A DNA stretch of 64,000 nucleotides from Macrostomum lignano (taxonomy: Eukaryota): positions 620,001-684,000 of the forward strand of contig NIVC01000106.1 in assembly GCA_002269645.1 (NCBI GenBank), written 5' to 3'. Under the pieces are notes generated by a model, which saw only the letters and a list, made by a program, of their open reading frames with translations, was not told the DNA's origin and ran no database searches. How positions within the stretch are numbered: position 1 is the stretch's first letter; the number at the start of each line of letters is the position of its first letter. Shown here piece by piece: positions 1 to 13,219 of this stretch. The position numbers were made by a program, and so were the translations under genes.

Positions 1-714
1 CGGGGGGTGAGAGAGGGCTAATCAGGGGTGAGAGGCGGGCTGTTATAGCCACATAAACACTCAATCGTATCTGTAAGCACAGCTCACCCTCAGTCTTCAG
101 TGCGTGTCTCAAAGAAACAGAAGACAGTCTTAGCAAAAGAGTTTCCTTGCAGTTTTCCCGGAGTCTTCACCGTAAGTCCCAGCATTTTATAGCCGCGGTC
201 GTGGTGAGTGGAATTGAAAAATCAATGAAATCATCGCCTAAAACGCGATTGGCCCCAAAATTTGATGGCCCGTCATCTCAAGGAATGATTGCTCTTTGAA
301 TGAAAGATTTCGAAGCAATAAATCTGTCAAAAAGCAGTCCAGTTTTATCAACGCAAGAAATAAATTAAGAAGAAAGTCATTTCTGCTTTCAGCAATCTTT
401 TTCTGGAACATTTCTTGATTGGTCGCTGTGACTCAACCGTGTTTTGGCTTGCACAATTTTCAAAGCGTGTGCCATAGGACGCATATTTATTGAAATTATG
501 GTTATTAAAACGATAGAGCGATGAAATTATGGAAGAATATTTTTAAATATTTACTTATATTTACTAGCTACTGCTAGTAAAATATTGCATTTGCAAATAA
601 ACTCCTTCCACCAACAGGGCAAAACAGATTAATTAAAACTCTTTGACTAGCGGCTCAGAAGTCAAAGTGGGATTGAAAGAGATTAAATGTGAGATTAGGG
701 GTACTGGACAGTGA

Positions 715-1315
715 GATGAAGGGAGAGACTAGAGAGCGAGATAAAGGGAGAGACTAGAGAGGGAGATAAAGGGAGAGACTAGAGAGGGAGATGAAGGGAG
801 AGACTAGAGAGGGAGATGAAGGGAGAGACTAGAGAGGGAGATGAAGGGAGAGAGTGGAGAGTGAGATGAAGGGAGAGACTAGAGAGGGAGATAAAGGGAG
901 AGACTAGAGAGTGAGATTAAGGGAGAGAGTGGAGAGTGAGATAAAGGGAGAGACTAGAGAGGGAGATGAAGGGAGAGAATAGAAAGGGAGATGAAGGAAG
1001 AGACTAGAGAGGGAGATGAAGGGAGAGACTAGAGAGTGCAGTGAAGGGAGAGACTAGAGAGTGCAATGAAGGGAGAGACTATAGAGTGAGATGAAGGGAG
1101 AGACTAGAGAGGGAGATAAAGGGAGAGACTAGAGAGGGAGATGAAGAGAGAGACTAGAGAGGGAGATGAAGAGAGAGACTAGAGAGGGAGATGAAGGGAG
1201 AGACTAGAGAGGGAGATGAAGGGAGAGACTAGAGAAGGAGATGAAGGGAGAGACTAGAGAGCGAGATGAAGGGAGAGACTAGAAAGTGAGATGAAGGGAG
1301 AAATTAAAGATTGAG
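715..1315. repeat. Purine-rich 25-bp minisatellite (GGGAGAGACTAGAGAGGGAGATGAA)n
   Basis: Tandem unit visible directly, about 24 imperfect copies; boundaries approximate. Confidence 0.95.
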
Positions 1316-2036
1316 ATGAAGGCAGGGTTTAGAGTGGAGAGGTGAGACTGAGATGAGACATGAGATGAGAGAGAGAGAGACAGCACTAGAATATTAGGAC
1401 ACGTACCCAATAACAAGCTCTCGTCAAAAAATATTCAGAACCCAAACACCACTAGTAAAGACTAGACAGAAAAGCAATTAAACTGACAGAAACACACAGA
1501 AAAGCTGCAATTCACCAGGAGAAAAACAGTGAACAAAGAAAATTTCAACCAGCTTGTTCTTGTAAAACATTTAAAATCGAATGACTGCCTTAAAAACTTT
1601 AATCTCAATTTTAATCTACTGGAAAGCTGACGATGCTAAACAAAAATCATTAATTTCGTATTGGAAAAAGAGTAAAAGTTTAAAGCAAACAAAAAGAAGT
1701 TCTGAAACACACCAAGAGCAAGAAATACTGACTGAAAGAAAAACAAGCAACAAAACAGTTGAACCACAGGACAATCTAGGGGAAAGGCATTGATTAGAAC
1801 AGTGTTAATTAAAGTGGATTATATCGGCACCAAGAGTCAGAAATCAGGTTCTATGAGAGGTTCGGCCATAGACATTCTGTCCTCAGCCTCAAGACAGGGG
1901 GTCGAGACTCTATATTATAAAACAATCAAACAGGATCTTCTGAAGTATAGTAAAGCACAAAATAAATATATAAATAATTAATAGGAACACACCGACACCC
2001 AACAAGACTGCAGGTCCATTAATATTAATTAAAGCT

Positions 2037-5000
2037 TTAATAAAACTTCTTAGCAGCATCTTGGCGTTTCAAATAGAACATGCCCAGGCAGACAAAGGCT
2101 GCAGTCTGTAGCAGAATGGCGCAGTAGAGCCCGTAGGTTGTCGCGCAGGTTGATGAGGCCTGGTCGCCCTGTGAGCCGGAATTCTGCTGATTGAGCTGAA
2201 CAGATCGACCAACGCGTTCGGACAGTTCCGAATGCCTGCTGGTCAGATGGTCCACCTTGTCAGCTAGCCTGGTCAGGATGTCGCGCAGCTCTTTGACTGC
2301 GTAAGCGTCGGCACTGCCTCCACTGGCTTTGCTGTTACTGCCGGCTGGGGATTAGATGATAATTATGTAACTGGTGCCACACTGTTAGTTTGATTTAGTC
2401 TATTTGAATGATAGGGACCGTAGCCCAGTGATCTAGTGCGGCGCTCTCATGTGCCAGCGGCCCAGGCTCGATTCCTAGTGCAGTCACATTAATTTGGGGC
2501 TAAATTGGTATCTCAGCTTGGCTTGTGGAATCAGGGGATGGATTATCGTGTGTCTGTATGGATTATCGTGTGTTTGTATGGATTATCGTGTGTCTGTATG
2601 GATTATCGTGCGTCTGTATGGATTGTCCTGTATCGATGTAGATTATCGTGTGTTTGTATGGATTATCGTGTGTCTGTATGGATTATCGTGTGTCTGTATG
2701 GATTATCGTGTGTCTGTATGGATTATCGTGTGTCTGTCTGGATTATCGTGTGTCTGTATGGATTATCGTGTGCCTGTCTGGATTATCGTGCGTCTGTATG
2801 GATTATCGTGTGTCTGTATGGATTATCGTGTGTCTGTATGGATTATCGTGTGTCTGTCTGGATTATCGTGCGTCTGTATGGATTATCGTGTCTATGTGAC
2901 TTATCGTGTGTCTGTATGGATTATCGTGTGTCTGTATGGATTATCGTGCGTCTGTATGGATTGTCCTGTATCGATGTAGATTATCGTGTGTTTGTATGGA
3001 TTATCGTGTGTCTGTATGGATTATCGTGTGTCTGTCTGGATTATCGTGCGTCTGTATGGATTATCGTGTCTATGTGACTTATCGTGTGTCTGTTCGCTAT
3101 GCTCGTGCAATTAACGCCCTCCTGAGGGCCAACCCCCAAGGCACAGTGAAGTGTACATGCCTAACGATAAATAAAGTTAGGGCCGCTGTACACTCCCGTG
3201 TAAGTGTGTGCCTGTGCGTATCCGCGCGCTTGTGTGCCTGCCTGCTCAGGGGAGTCGGCGGAATGGGCAGCAATGCAGTGCACACTGCCCCCTGCCGCTA
3301 ATAAAAAAGAAGGGAGATGAAGAGAGAGAGAGAGAAAGAGAACTTTTAAAATGAACATAATTAATTATCAACAGAGGAAATACAATCATACTACTAGTAT
3401 AGACCCCAATGTGAGTAGTATCTCACCAGCGGCCGCATTAGCGGCAGTTTTCACGTCGGCCAATTCTCTTTTGACTGCGTCTACAGAATGCGTGACCTCC
3501 GTGATGCTTGTAGCCAAGTCGTGCCTAGCATTGGCCACCGCTGAGGCCACGTCGTGAATTGAAGCCCGGATCTTCGATTGCTCCTCCCAGATCTGCCGGT
3601 ACTGCCTGGCGGCTTCATCTTCGACCGCAGAATCGCCCGGCTTGCCCGCGTCGCCGCCCGAGCCAGTTTGACCTTCAACGGCTTCTCTGTGGCTCTTGGC
3701 GATGGCGTCGATTTGATCGCGCAGTTTCTTAGAATACTCCTCGTATTCCTGTTCGTATTTCTTGCGCTCCTCTTCGCTGGCTTTGATGGCCGCTTCGCTT
3801 TGGTCAGCTGCGCCTTTGACTGACAACGAGTGAACCACGAAGCTGTACACGTCCATATCGTCTGACACACCGCCAGTGGATGCCGTGACGCCGAAGTAGC
3901 CTTTGCCCGGCAGTTCAACGTTGTCCTTCTCGAAGCACAGCTGCAAAACAGTGCGTTTGGGGTAGTCGGCTCTGGCGCCCATTCTGACAGTTTCACATGG
4001 CGCTAATACTGACAGTTTGGCATGGCGCTAATACTGACAGTTTGACTTGGCGCTAATACTGACAGTTTGGCATGGCGCTAATACTGACAGTTTGGCATGG
4101 CGCTAATACTGACAGTTTGACCATGGGGGGTTGCAGTCTAGTGGTTAGAGCGTCGGACTCACGACTTGAAGGTCTGGGGTTCGATTCCCGATCCCACTGG
4201 AACAATTTGTGTCCTTGAACTACACACTGAATTCTGCATTGCTTGAGTTCACCCAGCTGTAAAATGGTTGCCAGCATTAGCTGGGGTAATTGGGGGTTTG
4301 TGGTGACCCCCCCCCCCAGGCCTTGGACTGAACAGCCGTACGCAGCCTTTAGATGCGCCGCGCAATAGCTGCGGTTGAGCTGTCGGTTGCACGTTGCACA
4401 TCTGCCCATTAGGGCAGGTGTAATCAATTTAATTATTATTATTGACATGGCGCTCCGACTCACCTCATAGTCGCTCTCGCTATCCTCGCTAGCCACTCCA
4501 TTGTTAACGTGCAGCGTCAGCCGCTTATTGAGGTACTGCAGCCTCAGCCGGACGGGGAAAGGCCGATTCCGGTAGTTCCTCAGACAGTGGCCGATGTCCT
4601 GGTCGAGACCGTCAGTGTCGTGACTCCAAGCCAAGGCTTTATTAGAGCTAACAAAGCCGCCAATCTTTGGATTGTCATTTTTGCCATCATTATCGTAGGT
4701 GTCCAGCAGTACAGCTAATCCTGTCCAGTTGCTGGCACCACCGAATACCCGGACGCTGGGCAAGTTATAGTCTGGTTTCTCGTCTACAAACCAGATGCCG
4801 AGTCCGTCTCCGCCGTGTCGACCGACGCCAGAAACTCGAGTAGCAATGTCCAGACGAAAGTTGGCGAAATCGGCGAGTTTTTTGGTCCAGGCGTGGCCTT
4901 GTTTGCCAGACATGGACGGCGTTAGGCGAATGTAGCTGTCACCAGCGATGGCATCTGTTTAAAGAATTTTTTGAAATTAAGATAAAATTTTTGTTTTTAA

Positions 5001-5764
5001 AATTCAAAATTTTTGTGAAAAGTGAAAATTATTTGGGAATGCTTCAATTTATTAATTTAATATATATACAAATGTTAAACAGCAAATTAATGATTTTATT
5101 ATCAATTGAAATATTACACTATGAGTTTAAAGACTAAAGTTTTTAACCTTGCAATGCGAACCATACAAACAAAAAATTGTAGCACTCAAAAAGAGTAATA
5201 TGACAGACACAACTTCTGAATGTACAAAGTATGTACTTATAATTTAATAATAACTTTAATATAACAAGTTAACTAATTCAATTTTATCTTGTGTAAATTA
5301 AATTTAAATTTTTTATTAGCTAGAAAAATATCAGTGCTAAGCTATAAAGCCCCAACACTGGATAGAATTTGTACAAATTGTCTTAATACAAAATTAAAAA
5401 TGTATAATCTTTTTCAAGTAAAAACCATACTAGTGAGGTATAGTACTAGTACTGATAAAAATATTCACTTTTTAAATATAGTTACCAAAATTTTGTAAGA
5501 CATAATAAAATTTAAAGATTAATCTTTGTTTCTTATATGAAAAGCATTCAGTAGGACAGTAACTTTACTTATAAAATGGTTTGAAAAAAACAACTTACGT
5601 CCTCCATACTCCCAGAATGGAATAGAACCATCCTTTTGGGTCAGATAGGGTCCTTTAAATGATAATTTGTACTCGAATCTTGCAAAGGGCTCCGTGGTAT
5701 CAGAAAATGAGTCAGAAACTAAACATAATAAAGTAAGAAGAATTATATATTTCACACTGTGCAT
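2037..5764 (-). CDS. LMAN1: ERGIC-53 / LMAN1 L-type lectin cargo receptor, 4 exons, 492 aa
   Basis: Exons (-): 5764-5599, 4954-4464, 3940-3427, 2344-2037; all GT-AG, phases 1/0/1, total 1479 nt. Signal peptide MHSVKYIILLTLLCLVS, FEYKLSFKGPYL, GDGLGIW, DTYDNDGKNDNP, YFGVTASTGG lectin motifs, coiled-coil stalk, TM helix and C-terminal KKFY (KKFF-like ER-retrieval/COPII signal). Confidence 0.95.
2415..3305 (+). mobile_element. tRNA-derived SINE-like element (family 2) with an internal 20-bp array, in LMAN1 intron 3
   Basis: Pol III A-box-like TAGCCCAGTGA and B-box-like GGCTCGATTCC at about 2420-2477. Segment 3129-3196 recurs almost identically at 16238-16305. Ends in an A-rich stretch. Confidence 0.55.
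2538..3095. repeat. 20-bp minisatellite (GGATTATCGTGTGTCTGTAT)n
   Basis: Direct tandem unit; explains the Cys/Val-rich spurious ORFs at 2494-3077. Confidence 0.95.
3975..4122. repeat. 25-bp minisatellite (GGCGCTAATACTGACAGTTTGGCAT)n in LMAN1 intron 2
   Basis: About 6 tandem copies seen directly. Confidence 0.9.
4125..4409 (+). mobile_element. tRNA-derived SINE (family 1, CORE-like), copy A
   Basis: A-box TAGTGGTTAGAG, B-box GGTTCGATTCC, then TGTCCTTG...TTCACCCAGCTGTAAAATGG central block and 3' AGCTGTCGGTTGCAC. Homologous copies at 11139-11379 and 39720-39974. Confidence 0.85.
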
Positions 5765-6669
5765 AGCGGATGTTGTCTAGCTAAATTTGCAAAAAGCTCT
5801 AAATGCAGCACTTTACTATACTTATAAATTTTATTCTTGACCAGTTAGCGACAGTAAATTTCCAGCCACAGCTCAGGAATGATTCGACTAGTCCGTTCGT
5901 AATTCACTCAGCACATCCTTGCCCACGATATCATTATCAAAATTATCGCGCTCAGCTGACGTTTAAATTGTCAATATGAAACGTATGTTAAAAATATAAA
6001 CACAGTTTGGCAGCGTAATATTTGTTTTGAGTATTATGAGCATTTTTAAGTGAATGAAACCAATGCAAACCATCATAAAATATTTTGCGCAAAAATAAAA
6101 CTTAACAGTCATTGCTTGGTGCTAAATTTTTAACGACAAACTTTTATCCTAAAGTACGAGAGGATTGTGAGTCGACTCAAACCAGTTAAGAAAACTTATC
6201 GGCACGTTGAGTACTGTATTTAACGGAGCAATAAACTTATTTGTGCTATGTCATATTGCCTATTGCCTAAAATCATAAAAAATGGTACAACTAGACTCAT
6301 AGGTTTTATATGAATCTATTACTATCTGTATTTTATATCAGATATAGTACGTGCTACACACATTTTGTTACACATGCATGCAGGCAGTAATTAGACAAAT
6401 AATGATTAAAAAAGGATTAAAAAACCGATAAGTACCATGTGCTGTGTGCTTTTTAATGATTTTAGGCACAGTGCGTGGACGGATGATTGCACCGTAGGAT
6501 ATAAAATTAACATATAAAGCAATTCAACAAACGAAAAGCTTATGAATATCGATAGAGCTGTGATTTTTTCAGTAAACCTGCCCTCATAAAATTTTCCAAG
6601 AAAATTTTCCATCCTTCTAATTGAGTAGTCCAATTACTCTTTACATTGTACAGTACATTTACAGTATCG

Positions 6670-6995
6670 GGCCAAAGCTGCAGCGCCCGTCCATGGTTAC
6701 CATCCTGCGCCGGCGGCGACTTCAACTGGCGGGCCACGTGATTCGGGCCGAGGGCTACTGCCCCCAACCTGTTCAGGACGTCCTGCTGCTCACCTTGCAG
6801 GGTCCGTTCAGGCGGGGTCAGGCCCGACCCGTCGATACGTGGACTGCCTGTTGTGCGACACTGCAATGGGGCGCCCGACACTGCCAACGGAGCGGGCTTC
6901 GTTCGCTTCCAGGATCTACGGCGTGCCATCTGACGTGCCCTGCTCTAACTGTGACCTATGCTTGTGGGGCTGCTTATTTTGTTGTTGTTGTTATT
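6670..6995 (+). mobile_element. 5'-truncated 3' end of an RTE-like LINE
   Basis: Encodes RRRRLQLAGHVIR...VQDVLLLTLQGPFRRG, homologous to the 38200 region of the large LINE; ends in a (TTG)n tail. Confidence 0.75.
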
Positions 6996-9139
6996 TATAC
7001 ATGTACGAGTACATGCACATGCAAATGCTCACAAGTACAGCTAATACTCTGCGTTAAACATGTAATGATTACAGTATTATTATTATTATTATTAATATTA
7101 CTAATACATGTATTATTACACTTATTACAATTATTGTTACAAAAAATTTACAGCAGGTACAAAGTAACTTATGAATTTTTAATAGATAGATGACTTCTTA
7201 AAGGGAAGACAATATTTAATTCACTGAACGCCTAATTCCAGTCCATGTACATGCATGTAATTGTTACCGCAATTTGATAAGACGTGACAGTGCATATGAT
7301 AATTAGTCATGACGAAACGGCTGGGTGGTAGAGCAGTCGCTGCAAGTTGCTTAGCGCGTGCACGTCGTATTTCATTATGGTACACATTTAATTTGTCTTT
7401 GAATATCTACACGTAAATCGATCAAATCGACGCGAGAGCTCAACAGTCAAGATGAAAAGCACGTTGAGAATTTAATTAGGTGCCAACAATTAGGTACATC
7501 TCTATTCTGTATTCATGTCATATACATATCTAGTTACCACGAAAAAATTGTGTGTCTGATAGCCCTTTCGAATAGTAGCAAATAATCGGTCTAAAAACGT
7601 ACATGTAATTTGCCTTGGATAATTGGATATATACGTTCATATACATGTATATGCCAACATGCATGTACATGAAAGAGTAAACACATCATGGACAGCTGAA
7701 GTACATGTAGAAGGCGCTACACACTTGATTTTCTTAGAAATGAGCCGATAAAACGCATATTTTTCGTAGATCGCCACAGTGTGCAGAACATAGCCGACAT
7801 AGATTTCGTCATAGCCGAAATTATGATTGACGAGAGCAAAAACGTACTGCTGCCATTGACTGAGCGAAGTTCCTTACCGGCCTGCCACCTCTCCGGCTCA
7901 TTTCCAAGAAAATCGAGTGCATAGCGTCCGTCTGCTTTAGTTGTCAATGGTGGGCATGTGCTGCATGCATTGCAGAGTCGGTAAGTGTGAAATTGCATTA
8001 CCGTATATATGTAACCGCGACCAGATTGAATCAATGTCCATGCCAGATCTCCTCAGTGAGGCGCAGCAGCTGCTGATCGATGCAACGACATCTCAACTCC
8101 AGCTGGTTGATTTGTATGCAGTGGTCTGTTACCTGGGGATGTACATACAGATATGCGGATTTGAAATATTCAGGACGTGCTAAAAGACGGTATCGCTTTG
8201 TTCGAACTTCACTGAAATACGCAGCTACAGCCAACTATATATGCATTGGCGAGTTACACCATATTTCACATAAGAGTCCCCTAAGATAGTTTTCTACCGA
8301 ATTCGCTGTCTATGGTACAACCTATTGAATAACGTCGTAAATACTAATAAATTCGTTACTACAGAATTCGTATCGCATAGACCGTATATATTCTTTATTT
8401 TTGAGCAGATGAATCTCGGATTAAACGCATTTACTTTGCTCCGTTTTCAATTAGGAAGGAGTTCAGACAGTAAAGATTATTTTCATTTTATAGTGCTAAA
8501 CTACGATCTAACTGAAAACATGCCCAATCTTGCTTGCATTTGTTTTTGTTTTTTAAAATTCATTTGTAATACTGCCAGTAGCACTGACGATTTCGTTCGA
8601 AACATTTTTGGTCAAAAGCTGATGGAACAGATGTCTCGCCGGATGGCAAGAATCTCCTTTGCTGTAGAAGTACTATAGTATGATCCAGCAGAACCTTGAA
8701 ATTGACAAGATTCAAGTTTGGTGAGCCAGTTAGAACAGATTAGCCTAATCTCCGGATTAGCTGATTTCGATTTCCTTTGTCAATTTCCCGCGTTCGTCTC
8801 TCAGTGTGTTTGACCTACCGCAGCTGCAGGAGCTGCTTGTAGCGACTTGAATACTATTATGCTACTTTTTGAGGCCAGTATGAGTACTAATTGTGTCAGA
8901 GAGAGTGTGTGTGTCGAAGAGCTCAGCCGATCGATTTATCTGTCTGTTTTCTAAGGCCACTCTGCATCCATGGCCATCCTGAAAAGTCATGTCGCATTAA
9001 GTAATTGCTCTTGTGATATTTTGTAAACAGAATGACAGCATTAAGCATTGATGACGGCTGCCTCAGGGTTGGCAGGTTAGCCTTGGAGAGGACCTCCGTC
9101 CGCATTTCTGCATCTGCATCAAGGAAATGCTCCGTGAGT

Positions 9140-9500
9140 ATTTGCATCTCAGCAACTCCCCACTTTGAGTAATTGACATCTCAGCAACTCCCTACTTAAG
9201 TAATTGGCATCTCAGCAACTCCCTGTGAGTATTGGCATCTCAGCAACTCCCCACTTGAGTAATTGGCATCTCAGCAACTCCCTGTGAGTATTGGTATCTC
9301 AGCAACTCCCTGTGAGCATTGGCATCTCAGCAACTCCCTGTGAGTTATTGGCATCTCAGCAACCCCCTGTGAGTATTGGCATCTCAGCAACTCCCTGTGA
9401 GTTATTGGCATCTCAGCAACTCCCTGTGAGTATTGGTATCTCAGCAACTCCCTGTGAGTATTGGCATCTCAGCAACTCCCCACATGAGTACTTCACATTT
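9140..9500. repeat. 28-29-bp minisatellite (TTGGCATCTCAGCAACTCCCTGTGAGTA)n
   Basis: Tandem unit seen directly. Confidence 0.9.
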
Positions 9501-9737
9501 CAGCAACCTAATGTGAATCTTGGCATCTAAATAACTCCCCACGGGCATCTCAGTAACTTCATTTGATCCACGTAATCCAGCAACCATAGTATCGCAACTT
9601 TTTCCCAAAGTCTTGAAATTATGAGGTTTGGCACCAACCAATACAAGATTTTTGCACTATTGCCTGGCAATTGGAATAAACCTCAACACTAGTAATGATG
9701 GAGAATATTAGCATTCGGCTTAACCCTTGCATGCTGT

Positions 9738-12327
9738 TCATTCGGCACCAGCCAAACTGTAAAACTCACAGCAAGATGCTCCGCACAGCAGCTTGGCATA
9801 GCCAGTTCGAAACTGTCGATTCGACGCCGCATAGATGATGCAGTTAAGCGCAGAGTTGACGTGACAAATCAGCACAGTGAAGGCGTGCAACTGCAGCGGA
9901 AATGTGTCCCGAACATCGGCCACCGTCACCGTAGCGTACGGCACCCAGCAGGCGCAGAAGGTGACAAAAATAGTGAAAAATGTCTTCAACAGACGGACCT
10001 CTTTCACTAACTGGGGATTCTCCATGTTGCTATTCGTAGAAACGGCGCAAGCGACGCGCCGGCGTACGCGAATCACGTGACGATAGATAAGAGCGTAGCA
10101 GATGCCAATTAGCACCAGGGGAACGTAGATGCCAGCCAGAATGAAAAACAGAGCAAAGCTCAGAGACGCTAGCCGATTAAATACGCAGATGAACTGTTTC
10201 CGGTCGAAGGTGTACTCGCTCCAGCCGTAGAAGTTCGGCGACTCTGCGGGATCGAATGATATATTGATCTCTGAACTCTTTCCATAGGTTACCAAGTAAG
10301 GCGCCACATGCTTTGCCAGCCGATTAGGGGGTGGGGGCGTCCCCTTGGCTGTGGCCCCAATTTTTATTGGTGAATCAATGATTCCATTGTGTCATGGAGA
10401 GCTACACCCGGTTTTCTTACAAATGAACCGGAGGCCTGTAAGGAACGTACATCTATCGTATCTCCAGTACGCATAGCGCTCAACGGGGTTTCGCCATAGA
10501 CAAATTCGGTCGGGGAAAATCCGATTTCTCAAAGGCATACTAAATGCACTACGACAAATAAACGCCTTCGGTTTAGCTATAAGCTGAAATGCGAGCAATT
10601 GATTGAATTTGATATGCTCTATTTGTCGAATAATATTTTCAAAGACTCGAATTATCATAATATTCAATTACTCTTTGGTGATTTTTGTGTGGCAGCCATG
10701 TCAGTCATAACCGGTTTTACTGTTCGGTCTACAAGCACGCGCAAATTTTGCATCAAAAGCTCCTTCAAGATGCAGGTTTGTTCATGGATTAGCGCCTAAA
10801 TCCTTCACTATAATCCTTTTAATAATTTGTCATTTCTGGTCTAACCAAAATCCGTAAATAGTTAATTCCACACTTAGCTTGCTCGATTTTTCCTTAATAC
10901 CCAATAATCCTGGAGCTTTCATAAGGACTAATTGGATCCCATTAATTTCAATTTAATCCCTAACCAGTCTTCACCTGACACAACAGCAAAACAGTTTTTC
11001 TTTTCCGCGTCGTCCCAGGTATCCCCGTGATTTGTTTGCCCGATTTTTCAGCTTCTTGGCCTGGCTTTGAGGATTGGCAAGCTGTTTTGCCCTTCCCATC
11101 ACTTTTAAGCATGCACACGCTTTCACGGGAGTACAGCAGGTTGTAGTATAGTGGCTAGAGCGTCGGACTCACGACTGAAAGGTCGGGGGTTCGATTCTCG
11201 ACCTACTCGGAACAGTCTGTCCTAGAGAGAGATACTTAACAACTCTGCATTGGTTCAGTTCACCCAGCTGTAAAATGGGTGTCAGCATTAGCTGAGGTAA
11301 TTGAGGGTGTGTGTGACGACCATCCACAGTCCTTGGAGCAATAGCAGCGGCTGAGCTGTCGGTTGCACATCTGCCCATAAAAAATAGTGGGTTGGCCTCC
11401 AGTTTCCGGCTTTGCGCTAGTCAAAAACCGCTCCCAGACGTTTCAACTTACGCGAGGCTGCACTGAACAGCCAAAGAACAACGCAGTAAACAATGGTGCT
11501 ACGCTTTGTGAACACTCGCCCATAGGAATCATGATGGCAGATGCACAGGTAACGATTTAGTGCGATGGCGCCAATGCTCAGCATAGAGCAGAAGCAGCTG
11601 GTGAGGCACACCGCTCCGATCACCTTGCAGAGGATTGGGTGCTGGCTGAATACCCATTCTCCGTCCAGAACTCCTGCAAATGATTGCTGATTGGGTATAG
11701 GCTTTGGCTTGGTCTTTGTCTTTGGTTTACGGTTCATGCGTGTAGTGTTTTATTTTCTGGGTGTTATAGAGCTTAAAAATGTCATATTGACTCATTGTAC
11801 GTTTGTGCTCAGTGTCTGTGTCCATTTGACTGTCTTTGTGACTATCTCAGTGTCTCAGTGTCTGTATGTCTTACCGAGAGCATTCATAGGCACCACAAAG
11901 CCGGTGACAGACAAGTCAGCAACAGCCAGATTAACCACAAAGTAGTTGCTTTTTATTCTCAGACTCTGCCAGATGTTCAAAGTTTTGCACATTTATTACT
12001 TTATTATTTTATCTGAATAGCAATTTCACAGTTAGAAAAGATGACTAATTACCTTCGTTTTGAGCACGGCCATAATGACCAGAACATTGCCAATCGAACC
12101 AAATACAGCGACCAAGCATAATATTGGAACAAAAACTGAAAAATCAACTTCGCTCGTACATATGGCTTGATCGATTTGTGGATTATCAATAAAACTAGTA
12201 CAGAACTGGGAAACTTACACGGATAGTAATGAAAAAACAGCATGCCCAAGTTGTGGGCATACCCGCCTGAAATGTTTGCATTACTCCGCATGAATTCGTT
12301 AAGCTTGAAGACCACATTCAAGTCCAT
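9738..12327 (-). CDS. Class A (rhodopsin-family) GPCR, melatonin-receptor-like, about 341 aa
   Basis: Exons (-): 12327-12263 (tentative), 12194-12053, 11965-11875, 11673-11452, 10243-9738; total 1026 nt in frame. TM1 GSIGNVLV, TM2 NLAVADL, TM3 ALNRY, TM6 CWVPY, TM7 NSALNCIIY. NRY and a non-Pro NxxxY are hallmarks of melatonin-type receptors. First exon and the 68-nt first intron are the least certain parts. Confidence 0.85.
11139..11379 (+). mobile_element. tRNA-derived SINE (family 1), copy B, in the last GPCR intron
   Basis: Same head (TAGTGGCTAGAGCGTCGGACTCACGACT...GGTTCGATTC), core (CAGTTCACCCAGCTGTAAAATGGG) and tail as copy A. Confidence 0.85.
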
Positions 12328-12424
12328 GACTTTGTCGTGATGTGTTAGGATTGAAGAAAAACTGTTTTTGTTTCAGAAACTTGTTCCTAACGGTTTTTAT
12401 TTCAAGGCTTTTCATTGACATTCG

Positions 12425-12495
12425 CGCATTGGTCAGCCCGATTGGTTGGGAATAACAGTACGACTTTAAATCCAAGCTCTCTTCGCATTGGCTGT
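12425..12495 (-). promoter_or_regulatory. Three CCAAT boxes upstream of the GPCR start codon
   Basis: ATTGG occurs three times on + (CCAAT on -) about 100-170 bp upstream of the proposed ATG at 12327. Motif match only. Confidence 0.3.
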
Positions 12496-12523
12496 AGTAT
12501 AGCTCGTATCTTGTTAACCTACT

Positions 12524-13047
<524 letters not shown>

Positions 13048-13219
13048 ACAACAAATCGAGGATGCAGCAGGATGGCTTGTTTTAGGGTTTAGATATTTTA
13101 TTTATTGGCATAAAAATATGTACTGAGTCTGTACCTCCAATGTTAGCCATAGACGGGTTTGCTGCCTTGAGCTATTAGGATTTTTCGATCGTACCTCCAC
13201 CCAGGAACACGCAGCAGCC

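Noticed and set aside
4125-4200. Functional tRNA genes at 4125, 11139, 39900 and 2415
   Set aside because: A and B boxes are present, but acceptor and anticodon stems do not close and each continues into a shared SINE body.
5770-5970. ERSE/UPRE stress elements upstream of LMAN1
   Set aside because: CCACG and TGACGT occur, but neither CCAAT-N9-CCACG, ATTGG-N-CCACG nor TGACGTG(G/A) is matched.
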